The translations under genes were made by a program, and so were the position numbers. This document shows positions 44,027 through 55,438 of a stretch of DNA of 64,000 nucleotides, in pieces. The first letter of the stretch is position 1. Every line of letters starts with the position of its first letter. This DNA is from Andalucia godoyi And28 (Eukaryota > Protista > Jakobida). The stretch is taken from positions 287,851 to 351,850 of the forward strand of contig VRVR01000010.1 in assembly GCA_009859145.1 (NCBI GenBank). Direction: 5' to 3'. Below the pieces are notes generated by a model. The model was not told the origin of the DNA. It did no database searches and saw nothing but the letters and a program-made list of their open reading frames with translations.

Positions 44027-44027
<1 letters not shown>
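43647..44027 (-). CDS. ARPC5: Arp2/3 complex subunit 5 (p16-Arc), 126 aa (start MSSWSE at 44027)
   Basis: EIDAVLKMVYRAFE...LLKLHAALLAKSGPGSIVRAFS matches the recalled ARPC5 C-terminal pattern. Confidence 0.82.

Positions 44028-44087
<60 letters not shown>
44028..44087. repeat. Compound (CT)n(GT)n microsatellite abutting the ARPC5 start codon
   Basis: Read directly from sequence. Confidence 0.95.
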
Positions 44088-44089
<2 letters not shown>

Positions 44090-44571
44090 TCTCTCTTCTT
44101 CTTTCTGTTCTCTCTTTGACTTTCCACTGGCTCGTTGCCGGTGCCTCGGCTTTCCCAAGACGCAATTGTCAAAGCAATTCCTGTCGTCCGCCAACCTCTA
44201 GCATCAAGTCCATTGCTGATGGCTTTCGCCTGCTGTACGAACTTTAGGGCGGCAAAAGCAATGCGCCTCGACGCCCGTGCGGCAAACGCCGTTTCCCGAC
44301 TACAACAGCGGCACTCGTGCATCCATATCCGAATCCTCTTCTTCAAACCAGTTCCTCAGCACACGCAGTGCATATATATAAACCTGGGGACTGGCTCATG
44401 CATTCATCATACATTCTTTCTTTCATTCATCCACATTTTGATTTTTATAAATTAAAAAAAAATAATCAATATAATCTGGCTATCCGACACACCGAGATAC
44501 AAAGATATCCAAGATAATAATACTTTTTTTTGAAAAGAAAAGAAAAGAAAAGAAAGGGAGCAACGAGGAAG

Positions 44572-45768
44572 ATGGCACCGAATGGAAAGCTTGTCGTGCT
44601 GCTTGATCAAACGGTGTTTGTGGCTGGAGGTCGATTGAGCGGGGTGGTGCAGCTGCTGACAGAGGACGTGCACACAGCGTCTGCACTAGACATTTACTTT
44701 ACGGTGTCCGAGTCGCTTACGTTCCAGAGCTCTGCGGTTGCGAAATCGGTGCTTTATACGATCTCTGTGCCGCTGTGGCGCGCGAACAATGAGCGTGGAT
44801 TTGGGTTTCGAAAGGGAACGCACTCGTTCCCGTTTGCACTTCAGATCCCCGAGGGGCTTCCGCCGTCGTTTGATGATGGGAAGAAGTTCCGAGTCGCATA
44901 CACAATCAATTCCGTGCTGTTTTCAGTGGGTGGAAATGCAAAGCACAATCTGAGTGTGACGCGCGATGCCAATGTTTGTGAGAATCTGCCTGCGAATTTG
45001 CAGAATATGGTGAATATCCCGTCGACTGCAGAGGGAAAGAAGAAGCTGCTGTTTGGAGGAGACAAGGATCTGCAAATGACGATCCGGTCGAACAAGTCCA
45101 TCTATGCGGCGGGAGAGCCCATGTACCTTTGTTTGGACGTCATCAATGAGTCCACGAAGCGCGTTCGGGGGATCAAGACCGAGGTGCGCAGAACGATCAC
45201 CGAACTTCCGGGACAGCAGGGGCCTGTGAGCGTGTCGGTGTCGTCGCCAAACAGCCATCCGGAAAGAGTAACCAACGTGCAGGTCGTCGCCGGAAAGGCA
45301 AAAACAAAAGTCATCTCAAAGGCAGAGTTCTTTTCATTGGACTTTGAATGCCTGCCAAAATCTCACCGACAACTCGTTATCGATGTCCCATCTCCAATCG
45401 ATGCACGCACAGTTGTGGGCACGAAGCTGTTCTGCGTCGAATGGTCCGTTTATGTCGCGCTGGATACTGCTTGGTCCAAGAATCTTGCTGTCGAAGTCCC
45501 CATCAAGATTGCCACGTCCGCCGCGTACAACACCATCTTCTTCCCAACCGTCTCGCAGACCGTTGTCCATTCCGTCGACTCTGTCCCCCAAATACAAACT
45601 GGAGATGGCTCAGACGATGAGAGCAGCGTCTACGAAGCCATGCCTGCTCAACCAGTTCCGTATCCCTCGCAGCAGCAATCACCGCAACAGCAACCGGCAT
45701 CCGTGTACCCTGCCAGTGCGATTACGTATTCTGCGCAGCCTGCCAAGGCGTCCAGCAGCAACATGTGA
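44572..45768 (+). CDS. Arrestin-domain (alpha-arrestin-like) protein
   Basis: VFVAGGRLSGVV, GTHSFPFALQIPEGLPPSF, RVAYTI, SIYAAGEP, VINESTKRVRGIK; Pro/Tyr/Gln-rich tail. Confidence 0.85.
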   Translation: MAPNGKLVVLLDQTVFVAGGRLSGVVQLLTEDVHTASALDIYFTVSESLTFQSSAVAKSVLYTISVPLWRANNERGFGFRKGTHSFPFALQIPEGLPPSFDDGKKFRVAYTINSVLFSVGGNAKHNLSVTRDANVCENLPANLQNMVNIPSTAEGKKKLLFGGDKDLQMTIRSNKSIYAAGEPMYLCLDVINESTKRVRGIKTEVRRTITELPGQQGPVSVSVSSPNSHPERVTNVQVVAGKAKTKVISKAEFFSLDFECLPKSHRQLVIDVPSPIDARTVVGTKLFCVEWSVYVALDTAWSKNLAVEVPIKIATSAAYNTIFFPTVSQTVVHSVDSVPQIQTGDGSDDESSVYEAMPAQPVPYPSQQQSPQQQPASVYPASAITYSAQPAKASSSNM

Positions 45769-46070
45769 GGTCATGTCGTTGTTGCAGCTCGCGTTGGACT
45801 CGTTGGACTTTTCCATTTTCCTTGTCCTTTTTGCGATGCCACATTTCAGATTTCGGCACCCCGTAAAATCGCAGGTGGTGTTTTTTAAAATTCATTGTTG
45901 TTGTTTGCAGCAGGATGATGTTGAGTGAGCATAGTTATTTTTATTATTATTATTTTTCATTTAAAAAATAAAAATAAAAAAAGATTAAATAAGAAGCCAT
46001 AGGAGGAGATGGGACAGGGGAGTGGTGGATAACAGAAGAAGAGCACCACTACCGAGTGCCAACTTCTCTC

Positions 46071-48740
46071 TCACAAAACGCTTTTTTCAAGATCAATCAA
46101 GCGAGATACGAGGTTTTCTACCGCAGCGACAGCTTCAGAGCGCTCTGCAACCCCATTCTTCAGCGGGGCTAGAGAAGCGACAAGCTCTGTCGACATGACA
46201 TGGAAATCGTCGAGGGGCAATTCGCCAGACAGAAACCGGCGAACCAGATGGATAAGCGCGGTGAGAATGCTTGCGACGGACGAGGAAGACTCTTCGTAGC
46301 TGTACAAAGAATCAACAGAGGAATTGGAATGTTCATTCTTGATCGGCTCTGTCGTCGCACGGAAAGAGGATGCAGAAGAAGGAGTACTAGTCGCTGAAGC
46401 TGGGGCCGAGGTGGACGAAGAACCACCAGATGCAGCAGAGCCCGCGGCAGCAGAAGAGGAAGAGGAAGAGGAGGAGGAGGAGGAGGAGGAGGAGGAAGAG
46501 GAGGAAGAGGAGGAGTCGGAAAGCAAGTCCTGAGCGGCACTCACCAACAACCCGCGAATCGAAGTTTGCAGATGCAGCGAAGTCGGGCGAGATGGACGAG
46601 CCGCAAAGACTTGAAGAGCCTGGACAAGCAGGCGATTGACTCGTTGCAAGTTGAGAATGAGCATCGCAAAGGATTTGCGGAACTCATCCAGAACGGGGAG
46701 GCTGGTGCGATTGCATTTTTCCACATAGTCGTTGCATTCGCGAAGCTTGTCAACCATGGCAGCCTTGCGCTCTAAAAGAATTTGGACCAGCAAAACAATG
46801 CGTGGATCCACGCATTGCACGGTGCTGGGATTCATCGACGCGACCCCGAGCTGCGCTCCAGTCACTGCCAGAACCTCGAGGATCCCTCGTCGATCAAACA
46901 CAGACATGGAATTAGGCTGCTGCTGCGATGGAGTTGCCAAAGCGCCCGAAGCAGCCACATACCCCGCCCCGTGTCCGGCGCCATAGACGCTGAAGCCGAT
47001 CGGGGTGATGAAGGACGGCGCCGACACGCGTGAATGCCGCCACGGAGCAGCAGCCTGTGTCAAATGAAGCGCTTCGTACATCGGAGAAATCGCAAAATCA
47101 GGGACGCGCACAAGATGGCCATGATAATCCTCATCGAGACGAACAATGTATTCGGACGGAGCACGAAATCGCGTATCGCGATCATCATCCTTTGCTCGCT
47201 CGCGAGGTTGCTGAGGAACCTTCGACACAACCGTTCCGCGAAGCACAAGGCCCGTGACATACTCCGCCACAACGACCAATGTCTGCGCGGGAATTGCAGC
47301 CGGGACGGCATGATACTCCAGAACAACTTGGTCGTCGCGACCCCGCAGCGCTTTCGCATCCTGAATTTTGCGAACTACCTTGCGAAACCTCTCCAGCTTG
47401 TACATTTCACTCTCAATAAACGCCGGCGAAAATCTTCGAGGACGGCCCATCTGACTTCTCAAGAAACACCACTCTACTTTTGTCAGCTTCTGCCCCGGAG
47501 CAATTCCAAGGTCCAGCAAAATCCTAGAGAACTCCTCGTCCGCGAACCAGAAGTCATCGATGCACGAGCCTGAAAACTCGCAGATTGCCCATCGTCGAAC
47601 GAGCGGATTCTGGAACATCAAGGGATTCGGCAGAGGAATGCCACGTCCAACGTCGGCAGAAGAGTCGTAGACATACCGAGTGCTTTGGAAGGCGTTTCCG
47701 TCTTGATCCGAGTCCGATCCTCTGCTCTGCGAAGACCCATCACTAGAGGACAAGGAAGACGAAGGTGTTGACGACGAATGAATCTTGGAAGCAACAGTTT
47801 GCGCAGCCTTCCGTACTCTCCTCGGTGTCGTCGAGGATTCTTCCTTGTCTGAGTTGGGAGCATTTGCTGGGAGTGTGTCGCGAATCCACCAAATCTTTCG
47901 TTTCGATTTCCTTTCGAGGCCATCCGTGATCGACAGCACATGGTCCATTTCCTTTCGAATCAGAGGAACCTGCCTCAGAAAGCAAACAGTTTCTGGGTCT
48001 TCGACCACTTCGTCCTTCTTCGATCGCTTCCGTCCAGCGGATCGTCCGCGTTTTGAAGACGGCGCATCTTCGGAATCTTCCGAGTGCGATGCATTCGATC
48101 GTTTCCGACTAGACTTTGTCTCCATCGATTCATGATCTTCAAAACTGCTGGATGAATCGTCGTTCTCCTCGGAGCTCAATCCTTGGACATTCACATTCCC
48201 TCTACTGTGATGCTGCACGTGTCGGATCACGTGTCTCTGCCCCCCGCGTCCCCTCGCTTCCTCATTGCCATCCTCATCCTCATTGTCATTATCATTACCT
48301 CTCTGACCGTGTCGTTGCTGGATAGAATGCATCGCAGACTTGCGAATCGGCTTCGGAGGCTCAGCCAACAGCAAATTCGACTCCACATATGCATGCAATT
48401 TCTCAGCAGTCATCCGCGGTTGCGCGAGCAGCGTCTTCGTCTCCGAGAACAAGTGACGACACTGTTCTGGAGAATGGCTCGTTCCTTCCGCGATCTCCGT
48501 CCAATCAATCTCGTCTTCAACCCCGGCAGTCGCATTCACAGACGAAAACATGTGTCGCTTCACAGAACGCAGAAACCTCGACGTGTCCGCAAGTGACCAC
48601 GGCTGCCCAAATCGACTTCCTCCGTCAGAAACCGATGAAAGCGCCTCTGCCACAGAAAAAATATCCTCTGGATCAATCACAATCTGAGAGCTCAACGAAC
48701 CATCTTCTACCGGATGGTCATTTCGAGTTCGGCTACGCAT
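46071..48740 (-). CDS. LIN9: LIN9/ALWAYS EARLY-like DIRP-domain protein (DREAM complex) with SANT-like N-terminus and poly-Ser tract
   Basis: WAICEF...IDDFWF...LTKVEWCFLRSQMGRPRRFSPAFIESEMYKLERFR; C-terminal coiled-coil segment. Confidence 0.85.
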   Translation of the reverse strand: MRSRTRNDHPVEDGSLSSQIVIDPEDIFSVAEALSSVSDGGSRFGQPWSLADTSRFLRSVKRHMFSSVNATAGVEDEIDWTEIAEGTSHSPEQCRHLFSETKTLLAQPRMTAEKLHAYVESNLLLAEPPKPIRKSAMHSIQQRHGQRGNDNDNEDEDGNEEARGRGGQRHVIRHVQHHSRGNVNVQGLSSEENDDSSSSFEDHESMETKSSRKRSNASHSEDSEDAPSSKRGRSAGRKRSKKDEVVEDPETVCFLRQVPLIRKEMDHVLSITDGLERKSKRKIWWIRDTLPANAPNSDKEESSTTPRRVRKAAQTVASKIHSSSTPSSSLSSSDGSSQSRGSDSDQDGNAFQSTRYVYDSSADVGRGIPLPNPLMFQNPLVRRWAICEFSGSCIDDFWFADEEFSRILLDLGIAPGQKLTKVEWCFLRSQMGRPRRFSPAFIESEMYKLERFRKVVRKIQDAKALRGRDDQVVLEYHAVPAAIPAQTLVVVAEYVTGLVLRGTVVSKVPQQPRERAKDDDRDTRFRAPSEYIVRLDEDYHGHLVRVPDFAISPMYEALHLTQAAAPWRHSRVSAPSFITPIGFSVYGAGHGAGYVAASGALATPSQQQPNSMSVFDRRGILEVLAVTGAQLGVASMNPSTVQCVDPRIVLLVQILLERKAAMVDKLRECNDYVEKCNRTSLPVLDEFRKSFAMLILNLQRVNRLLVQALQVFAARPSRPTSLHLQTSIRGLLVSAAQDLLSDSSSSSSSSSSSSSSSSSSSSSAAAGSAASGGSSSTSAPASATSTPSSASSFRATTEPIKNEHSNSSVDSLYSYEESSSSVASILTALIHLVRRFLSGELPLDDFHVMSTELVASLAPLKNGVAERSEAVAAVENLVSRLIDLEKSVL

Positions 48741-49191
48741 CACCTCTGACCTTTCCCCTCTTTTCCCTCCCGCTCAGACGAAAAAGAGGACCAAACAAGC
48801 AATGGAGAAAAGATCAAATCCAGTCAAGCAAATAAAGAAAAAGAAGAAATATTGATTATAATGTATAGTGAAATGAAAATATATGAGGAAAAAAAAATTA
48901 AAACAAAAGAAAATGAAAAATTAAAATAAAAACGTTTTAATATTGCGTTTTCTCAAAACAAAATATTTTGCAGAGGAATTTCGGTCGATCGAGCAGAATC
49001 ACAAAGTCGTTAACCAGATCGCTACGGTCGATAACTCAAATAATATACCGTACAAAAGGAGCTATTTTCCGTTTATGGGTTGGGTTCGTTTATGAATTTA
49101 TGTATTGATTGCTATTATTTTTAAACTTTAATTTATAGAGAGAATGGGAAAATAAGGTCACGAATGGATCAGCGGGGCGTTTGTTCGTGCG

Positions 49192-52100
49192 TCAGTCGCT
49201 GAGCTCAATAGCGGAATCCTCTGACTCTGCAGATGTTTGTTGGTCGTCTTCAGACTGCAATTCCGCGTTGCTTTCCGATGATGAGTACGCAGCATTCTCA
49301 TCTCTGGGTGAGACACCACCGCCACTGCTGCTGCTGGCGGCCGATTCTTGCTCCACCTCGGATTCTGCTTCCATCTCGGCCTCTTCTTCTTCGACAGCAG
49401 TGGCCGCGGCACAAAGATTGATACCGGTGGCGTCCTTGACGTACAATGTGGCCGCGTACCGCGAAAGAACCGGACCCAAAACGGACTGGCGTACTCGAAT
49501 CTTGGACAAACAGTCAACCGGGATCAGTTCTACGGATCGATCGTACATTTTCTGGAAAATGGCAATGCACGCATCCTGCTCTGGATTTGGCAGCTCCACA
49601 CCTCGCATCGATTCCAAGGCAAGCGAGAGTCTCTGCACAAGGTTCTCCGCAGAGCGTGCATCTCCAAGACGAGGAAGTTCATCGAAGACGGGGGCGGTTG
49701 CAATGACATGGTTCGTCCAGAGCAGTGCAAGAAAATCGACAAAGACGCCGCATGTACTGTCCCAATCGGGAATGCGCAATCGATGTGCCATCAGAGGCTG
49801 CAGATGTTCCAACCAGGCTTGCGCATAAAGCTCGTCAAGAAACATGGTCGGCAGCAGCTTTCCAAAACACAGACGATTCGCTTCGGAATACAGCCCAAGT
49901 TGCATGAGATCCGTAAACGACATAAAAATATCGCGATCTGCTAAAAGACAGAGAGTCTCATGTCGCCACTTTGCCGCCTGTTCAGCATACGGCATCCTTT
50001 TCAAGATGCCCTCGACAAACGAAAGAGAAATGGAAGGCTGGTAGAGGTGGTCCGAAAGCACAATATGCAGCACACGCATTCGAACAACGTCCGAAATCTC
50101 GACATCCGGAATCTTCTCGAGAAATTCAAGCAGTTCCAGCGCAACACTTGCTTGAAACATCGCCTGCCCCAAAATGTGCTGTACCTTCTTTGGAATGACG
50201 GAGCGGTTCTTGTCTCGAATAGAGACAAAGAGATCAAATACAAGATACACCAAATCTGCTGACGCTTCCTTGTTCACATAAGGAGTGTGCTCGAGTGTCA
50301 AGGACCGCCAATTCTTCACGGCAGAATCGTACCACACGGAAGCTGCAAGATGCTGCATCCACGACAGGTTCATCGGATGCTTGTTACGAATCAAGAGCTC
50401 GTAAAGAATGCGTTCTTCCGAACCATATAGCAAAAGTTCATCCGATGGTATGGGATCCAGGTCTGCGGGAACATGAACAGGTGTCTGGCAGACGAGAGAC
50501 GCCAGTATGTAATTTCCTTTCTCCATCAACAAATCAACAGCGTCCTGGATACGGTGTTGAAACACAGCATTCAGAACTGGAGACTTTCCGTCTCCAAATG
50601 GAATTCCTGCAACAGCACGCTCCATATACCCGGATGCAAACTGCAGAACCTCCGGAAAATCCTGCTTCGAAAACAAACCATCCAGCAACTCGCGAATCGC
50701 AAATGAAGACTTTTCGTTTCCCCGCTTCGACAAAACCTTTTGGAAGGACAAGGAATTGATTCTGTTTCCGTCTGCATAATAAACCACGCCAAAAGGCGAG
50801 ACATCAGCACTGAACCCGCATGGCTCTTCATGTTCGAGGACGAACGAAGAGCTCGGTCGGGAGATTTTCAGCGGCAACTTTTGACGTGGATTACGAAAAA
50901 ACTGGATAGCATCACTCGGCTTCATTGCAGGCTCTGGAATCGTGACGCCATCACTGTCCGCTGCAGACGCAGTATCCTCTGGAGGCGTAACAGCATCGTG
51001 AGAGACAGTCTTTCCAGACAAAAGATTCGCGTGCAAAGCTCGCAGCCGTACGGCCTCTTGTTCGTCCCCGACATCCTCGACCACAAGATCAATGTTCTGC
51101 CGATTGTGTGGCGCGGGTTCTTCTTGTTGAGGCAGTCGCCCTTGTGAAGGAGAATCCTGAAGAGCAGCTTCGACGTCAAAGGCCCATCGAGAAAAGTGAT
51201 CCACTCGGAATATCCAAGTCTGATCTTCAATGGAGTAGGAAATGAAATGAGCATCCATTCGCTCCGTGTACAACGCAACCTTTCGCTCGAATTCTTTGGG
51301 GGGATACCCTTCAGGAGGCGCAAGACCCAGCAGCGTTATGATAGCAGGCTTGTTGAGTTGCTCATTGCATTCTTCAGTCTCGACAGTTACCGACATTTGC
51401 TGTATATCAACGCAGACGTCAAGATCAACGTTCCGCAAGTCGACGGGTTCGCAAAATTCGATGCTGCCCACGGACTTGCGACCAATCAGAAACTTCTCGA
51501 CGTGCGACACTTCATCCTCACTGCACGCAGCGAGCTCGTCAATTCGTGGCACACAATAATATCCCGCCTTCGTAAGACGCGGCACAAACGATGGGGCACG
51601 CGGGGATGCTGGGGACTTCAATGTGGTTGATGTGGTCTTGGAAAGACCTGCGGAAATTCGGTCTTCCGAAACATCATCTTTGCTGAAATGCAGGGCGTTT
51701 CGGTCATTGTCACTCACATCGCCGTCGTCATCCAGGGAGAAGTCCACAGGGATAGGACGAGGGACAAACCGCGATGGAGTCGCCGACAGTGATGAAACAG
51801 ACGTATTCACCGCAGGCACATCGGAGGAAGCGGTCCCGTTCAATACATCTGCAGCAGGGACACTGCGAATTGATGACGATAAAATACTAGAGCCCGTGCC
51901 GCCAAGTATGGAAGACGTATTCTGAGCTTGTTTTCCGACAGGAGTCCTTTTGATGGATGGTTTGTAAGCGTAGAACAGATCGGAATCAATGGATCGAGCA
52001 GCAAGAGTCCCTTTCGCATCCGGGGTTTTCGTAGACGCAAGAACATCAGACTTGCTGGCGTTGGAAAGTGCCTTTTTGATGGAAACAGGTAATGCACCTA

Positions 52101-53931
52101 CCGACGTGAGGTCAACCTCTGCGGACAAAGACGTTCCAGCAACAGACATTGCATTGGGCATGGTACCCGGATAGGAGGCCGACGACGCAAACAGTCCAGT
52201 TGACTGCGGTTGATTCGCACCGAAGGTTGACATGTTCAAGGACTGATTCATAGAAGAAGTCCCAGGCATGGACAATCCAAATCCCGTAGATGTAGACGGC
52301 CCCATGCTGAATTGTGATGTTGTGCCACCTAAACCGCTGAATCCAGAAGAACCGACGAATCCGCCAGAAGTCGCAGGCAGAGAACCCGGCATCTGCGCAC
52401 TAGTTGGTACACTGGGAAAAGAACTACCTTGTGCCGGGGGGATTTTAAATCCAAAGGATGATGCATTGAACGCTCCTGGCTGGCTGCTCGTCGCCGACGA
52501 TCCTGAGAAACCGAAATTAGTAAGCTGAGGTTGAATGCCAGCACCAAATGCCACAGAACCCCCACTTGATGTTGGAACCGCAGGAGCGGCCATCAACCCA
52601 CCACCACCAAAAATGTTGCCGGTGGCACCTGGTTGTCCAAACGATGTCATCGACTGGCCGGCAGTAGTAGTAGTAGCAGCAGTCGGAAGAGTTGCAGGTC
52701 CGGAGCCAAAAGTGCTCAGTGCTCCAGTTCCAAACCCTGTGCTCGCTCCAAAACCGGAAGATGCGAATGCGGGCTGCGAGGCTGCGCCGAATCCTCCTCC
52801 GCCGGGCTGTGCTGCAGATCCAGAGGTGGAAAATGGATTGGAAGAAGCGCCGAATCCGGAAGGAGCAGGCTGCGTGTTAAAGGCTGAAATGTTGGTCACC
52901 GGCATGACAGCGGAGCGCTGGCCACCGGAGAAAGCACCGGCTCCACCAAATCCGCTAGAGGTTGTTGATACAGCTCCGAATCCAGAGCTGGGCTGAGCCG
53001 CACTTGTAAATCCAGAGTTTCCATAGGACGGGTTGTTACCAAAGCCAGAATACCCAAAACCACCTGACGCCGGCTGTGTCCCAAAGCCACCGGACGTGGG
53101 TTGCCCGCCAAATGCTCCGGTAGGTTGGGCCGCAAAGCCCGGCCCTGTGAGCGGCTTCGGCCCAGCTGTGGAGCCGAAACCGGAGCCCATGCCAACCTGG
53201 GCTCCAAACCCAGAAGACGGAGCACCTCCACTCACTTGCCGAGCATACGTTGAAAGGTGAAGTTCCTCAAAACTGAAGTTTTGATACTGATTATCCGCCG
53301 ATATCGAATGGAACTTGTGGCGAATTGTACTGGTGGGGCCATCCTGTAGCTGGTAGGGTCCCTTGAACGGAGTTGAGTCAAGCGCCGGGGCACCGCCGGT
53401 GCTGAAATATACGTTACTTACTGGCTGGTTGGAGAGTGTAGAAGAGCCAAAGCCCTGCACGGCAGTACTCCCTCCAAAACCAGAAGATTGTCCAATCCCA
53501 AAGGCAGGTGCTGCAGAAGCGCCAAACCCTGTATTCGTCCCCTGCTGGCCTCCAAACCCTCCACCAAACCCCGCATTGGCTGCGGGTGCTGGCGCGGCAT
53601 TCCATGCAGTGGAAGCGGTCGAAAATCCCGTGGGAGCAGGCGTTGCAACAGGCGCAAAACCAACCCTGTTCTGCTGGACACCAAGAGTTCCAAAGCCCGA
53701 ATTTGCAGCTGCAGCAACAGGCTGTGCTCCGAACCCCGACTGCTGAACACCAAACGTTCCTGGGGCTGCCGGCTGGCTCCCAAATCCTCCTTGCACAGCA
53801 GGCTGTGCGCCGAAACCCCCTACTGATGGTGCGGGCGTCGCGCCAAACGCACTCGGGCGGTTCTGCACGTTGCTCCCAAATCCAAATCCAGCACTTTGCT
53901 GCTGGCCAAATCCACCTTGCTGATTGAACAT
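49192..53931 (-). CDS. NUP98: Nup98-Nup96 polyprotein, 1579 aa
   Basis: FG repeats, GLEBS-like HSISADNQYQNFSFEELH, autoproteolytic domain ending WIFRVDHF|S (Ser codon 51192-51190). Confidence 0.95.
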   Translation of the reverse strand: MFNQQGGFGQQQSAGFGFGSNVQNRPSAFGATPAPSVGGFGAQPAVQGGFGSQPAAPGTFGVQQSGFGAQPVAAAANSGFGTLGVQQNRVGFAPVATPAPTGFSTASTAWNAAPAPAANAGFGGGFGGQQGTNTGFGASAAPAFGIGQSSGFGGSTAVQGFGSSTLSNQPVSNVYFSTGGAPALDSTPFKGPYQLQDGPTSTIRHKFHSISADNQYQNFSFEELHLSTYARQVSGGAPSSGFGAQVGMGSGFGSTAGPKPLTGPGFAAQPTGAFGGQPTSGGFGTQPASGGFGYSGFGNNPSYGNSGFTSAAQPSSGFGAVSTTSSGFGGAGAFSGGQRSAVMPVTNISAFNTQPAPSGFGASSNPFSTSGSAAQPGGGGFGAASQPAFASSGFGASTGFGTGALSTFGSGPATLPTAATTTTAGQSMTSFGQPGATGNIFGGGGLMAAPAVPTSSGGSVAFGAGIQPQLTNFGFSGSSATSSQPGAFNASSFGFKIPPAQGSSFPSVPTSAQMPGSLPATSGGFVGSSGFSGLGGTTSQFSMGPSTSTGFGLSMPGTSSMNQSLNMSTFGANQPQSTGLFASSASYPGTMPNAMSVAGTSLSAEVDLTSVGALPVSIKKALSNASKSDVLASTKTPDAKGTLAARSIDSDLFYAYKPSIKRTPVGKQAQNTSSILGGTGSSILSSSIRSVPAADVLNGTASSDVPAVNTSVSSLSATPSRFVPRPIPVDFSLDDDGDVSDNDRNALHFSKDDVSEDRISAGLSKTTSTTLKSPASPRAPSFVPRLTKAGYYCVPRIDELAACSEDEVSHVEKFLIGRKSVGSIEFCEPVDLRNVDLDVCVDIQQMSVTVETEECNEQLNKPAIITLLGLAPPEGYPPKEFERKVALYTERMDAHFISYSIEDQTWIFRVDHFSRWAFDVEAALQDSPSQGRLPQQEEPAPHNRQNIDLVVEDVGDEQEAVRLRALHANLLSGKTVSHDAVTPPEDTASAADSDGVTIPEPAMKPSDAIQFFRNPRQKLPLKISRPSSSFVLEHEEPCGFSADVSPFGVVYYADGNRINSLSFQKVLSKRGNEKSSFAIRELLDGLFSKQDFPEVLQFASGYMERAVAGIPFGDGKSPVLNAVFQHRIQDAVDLLMEKGNYILASLVCQTPVHVPADLDPIPSDELLLYGSEERILYELLIRNKHPMNLSWMQHLAASVWYDSAVKNWRSLTLEHTPYVNKEASADLVYLVFDLFVSIRDKNRSVIPKKVQHILGQAMFQASVALELLEFLEKIPDVEISDVVRMRVLHIVLSDHLYQPSISLSFVEGILKRMPYAEQAAKWRHETLCLLADRDIFMSFTDLMQLGLYSEANRLCFGKLLPTMFLDELYAQAWLEHLQPLMAHRLRIPDWDSTCGVFVDFLALLWTNHVIATAPVFDELPRLGDARSAENLVQRLSLALESMRGVELPNPEQDACIAIFQKMYDRSVELIPVDCLSKIRVRQSVLGPVLSRYAATLYVKDATGINLCAAATAVEEEEAEMEAESEVEQESAASSSSGGGVSPRDENAAYSSSESNAELQSEDDQQTSAESEDSAIELSD

Positions 53932-54292
53932 TTCAATAATGCCCCGTCGCTGACAGATGAAGCGTTGGAATCACAGTCTGAACGAAGAAGGGGAAAGAAG
54001 GATAATCCGCAGAAAAGGAAACGCCAAACACGAACCGGAATTCTTTCACTGCTCGCTGCGAGGTGCTTTTATTGGAACTGCGAGAGGCGAGATAGGTTGG
54101 CCGCCCCCGTGTTTCACATTTCAAGTCTCAAGTCTCAAAGAAGTCTTCTCTTGCTACAGTCGTTGGATTTTTTGGATGCATTTTTTTTTTCCTTTGGTTG
54201 GTTTTTTCAGTTTGATATTTTTTTAAATTACAAATATAAATTTGAATTTGTTGAATGATTTGAAATTTTCAATTTTAATGTTGAAAAGGGTG

Positions 54293-55438
54293 ATGGCGGA
54301 GGAAGGAGAAGTGTCTAAAGATGGTCGAGATGGACATGCTGTACTGAGAGACTTTTGCGAACGGTATGACTTGGAGTACTCGAAGTTTCTGAACATGCCG
54401 CCGATTGGGACGCATATCGTGGCGTTTCCGAGCCTGTCGGAGGTTCCGGACGGTTCAGTTGAATCAGTTGGAGCAGGAAAGTTGGACATCAACGGGGAGT
54501 CGTTCTTGCCTGTGAATTGGCTGCATCCGTTTCGGGTCTTTTCATCCGTTGTGGACGAGTCGACGTTTCGAGTCTCGCAATCCCCGCTGTACAAAGCCGG
54601 ACATATCTTGAGTGTGGACGCTGCGAGTATCGCGGCCGTGGTCGCCCTTGGTGTGGACAGCTCCCACTCGGTTCTGGACATGTGCTGCGCACCGGGAGCG
54701 AAGCTATCTCTGATTGCGCTTTGTCGTCCCCGTCGACTTGTTGGAATGGACGTGTCGCTGCCTCGGTTGCAGACTTGCCAGAACATTCTGCGAAAGTATG
54801 GGATTCGGAAGGAGGTTTGTCTGATGCGGTGCGACGCGAGTGCGGTCTTGCAAAGCACCGTCAAGGACGTTTGGAAGATGCACACTTCTTTACCGCATAT
54901 TGTGGATGTGGTGGATTCACAGACGTGTGCGAGGATGGTAATCAACAAGAATGCAAGGCGACATGCTCGGAAACGCAGACGGATCGCTGAACCGGGGGAG
55001 GTCGACACGGAGGAAAATGATGGCTTTATGTTTGACCGCATCTTGCTGGATGTCGAGTGCTCGCACGACGGCAGCATCCGACATGTCAACAAGTTTGACG
55101 AACGGTTTTTGGACCACAGCCATATGAGTCAACTCATTGCAACGCAGCGAAAGAGTATTCGAAAAGCCTGGACGCTCTTGAAGCCCGGTGGCATCATGGT
55201 GTACTCTACATGTAGTTTTACAAAATGCCAGAACGAGGACATTGTCGAAGAATTCATCAAAGAAACACCAAGCGCTTCCGTTGACGAAATCCCACAAGCA
55301 GAGCATTGGCCCTGCTCGTGCATCGGTGGCAACCTCACTGGATCGCTTCGATTTGATCCATGGGTTTCAAAAACTAGTGGCCTGTACATATCCCGCATCA
55401 AGAAGGCGTGCATGTCATGCGAGGATCCTCCGTCATGA
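54293..55438 (+). CDS. NOL1/NOP2/Sun-family RNA m5C methyltransferase (start uncertain: 54278 or 54293)
   Basis: VLDMCCAPGAK, FDRILLDVECSHDG, LKPGGIMVYSTCS, ENED-like QNEDIV. Confidence 0.9.
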   Translation: MAEEGEVSKDGRDGHAVLRDFCERYDLEYSKFLNMPPIGTHIVAFPSLSEVPDGSVESVGAGKLDINGESFLPVNWLHPFRVFSSVVDESTFRVSQSPLYKAGHILSVDAASIAAVVALGVDSSHSVLDMCCAPGAKLSLIALCRPRRLVGMDVSLPRLQTCQNILRKYGIRKEVCLMRCDASAVLQSTVKDVWKMHTSLPHIVDVVDSQTCARMVINKNARRHARKRRRIAEPGEVDTEENDGFMFDRILLDVECSHDGSIRHVNKFDERFLDHSHMSQLIATQRKSIRKAWTLLKPGGIMVYSTCSFTKCQNEDIVEEFIKETPSASVDEIPQAEHWPCSCIGGNLTGSLRFDPWVSKTSGLYISRIKKACMSCEDPPS

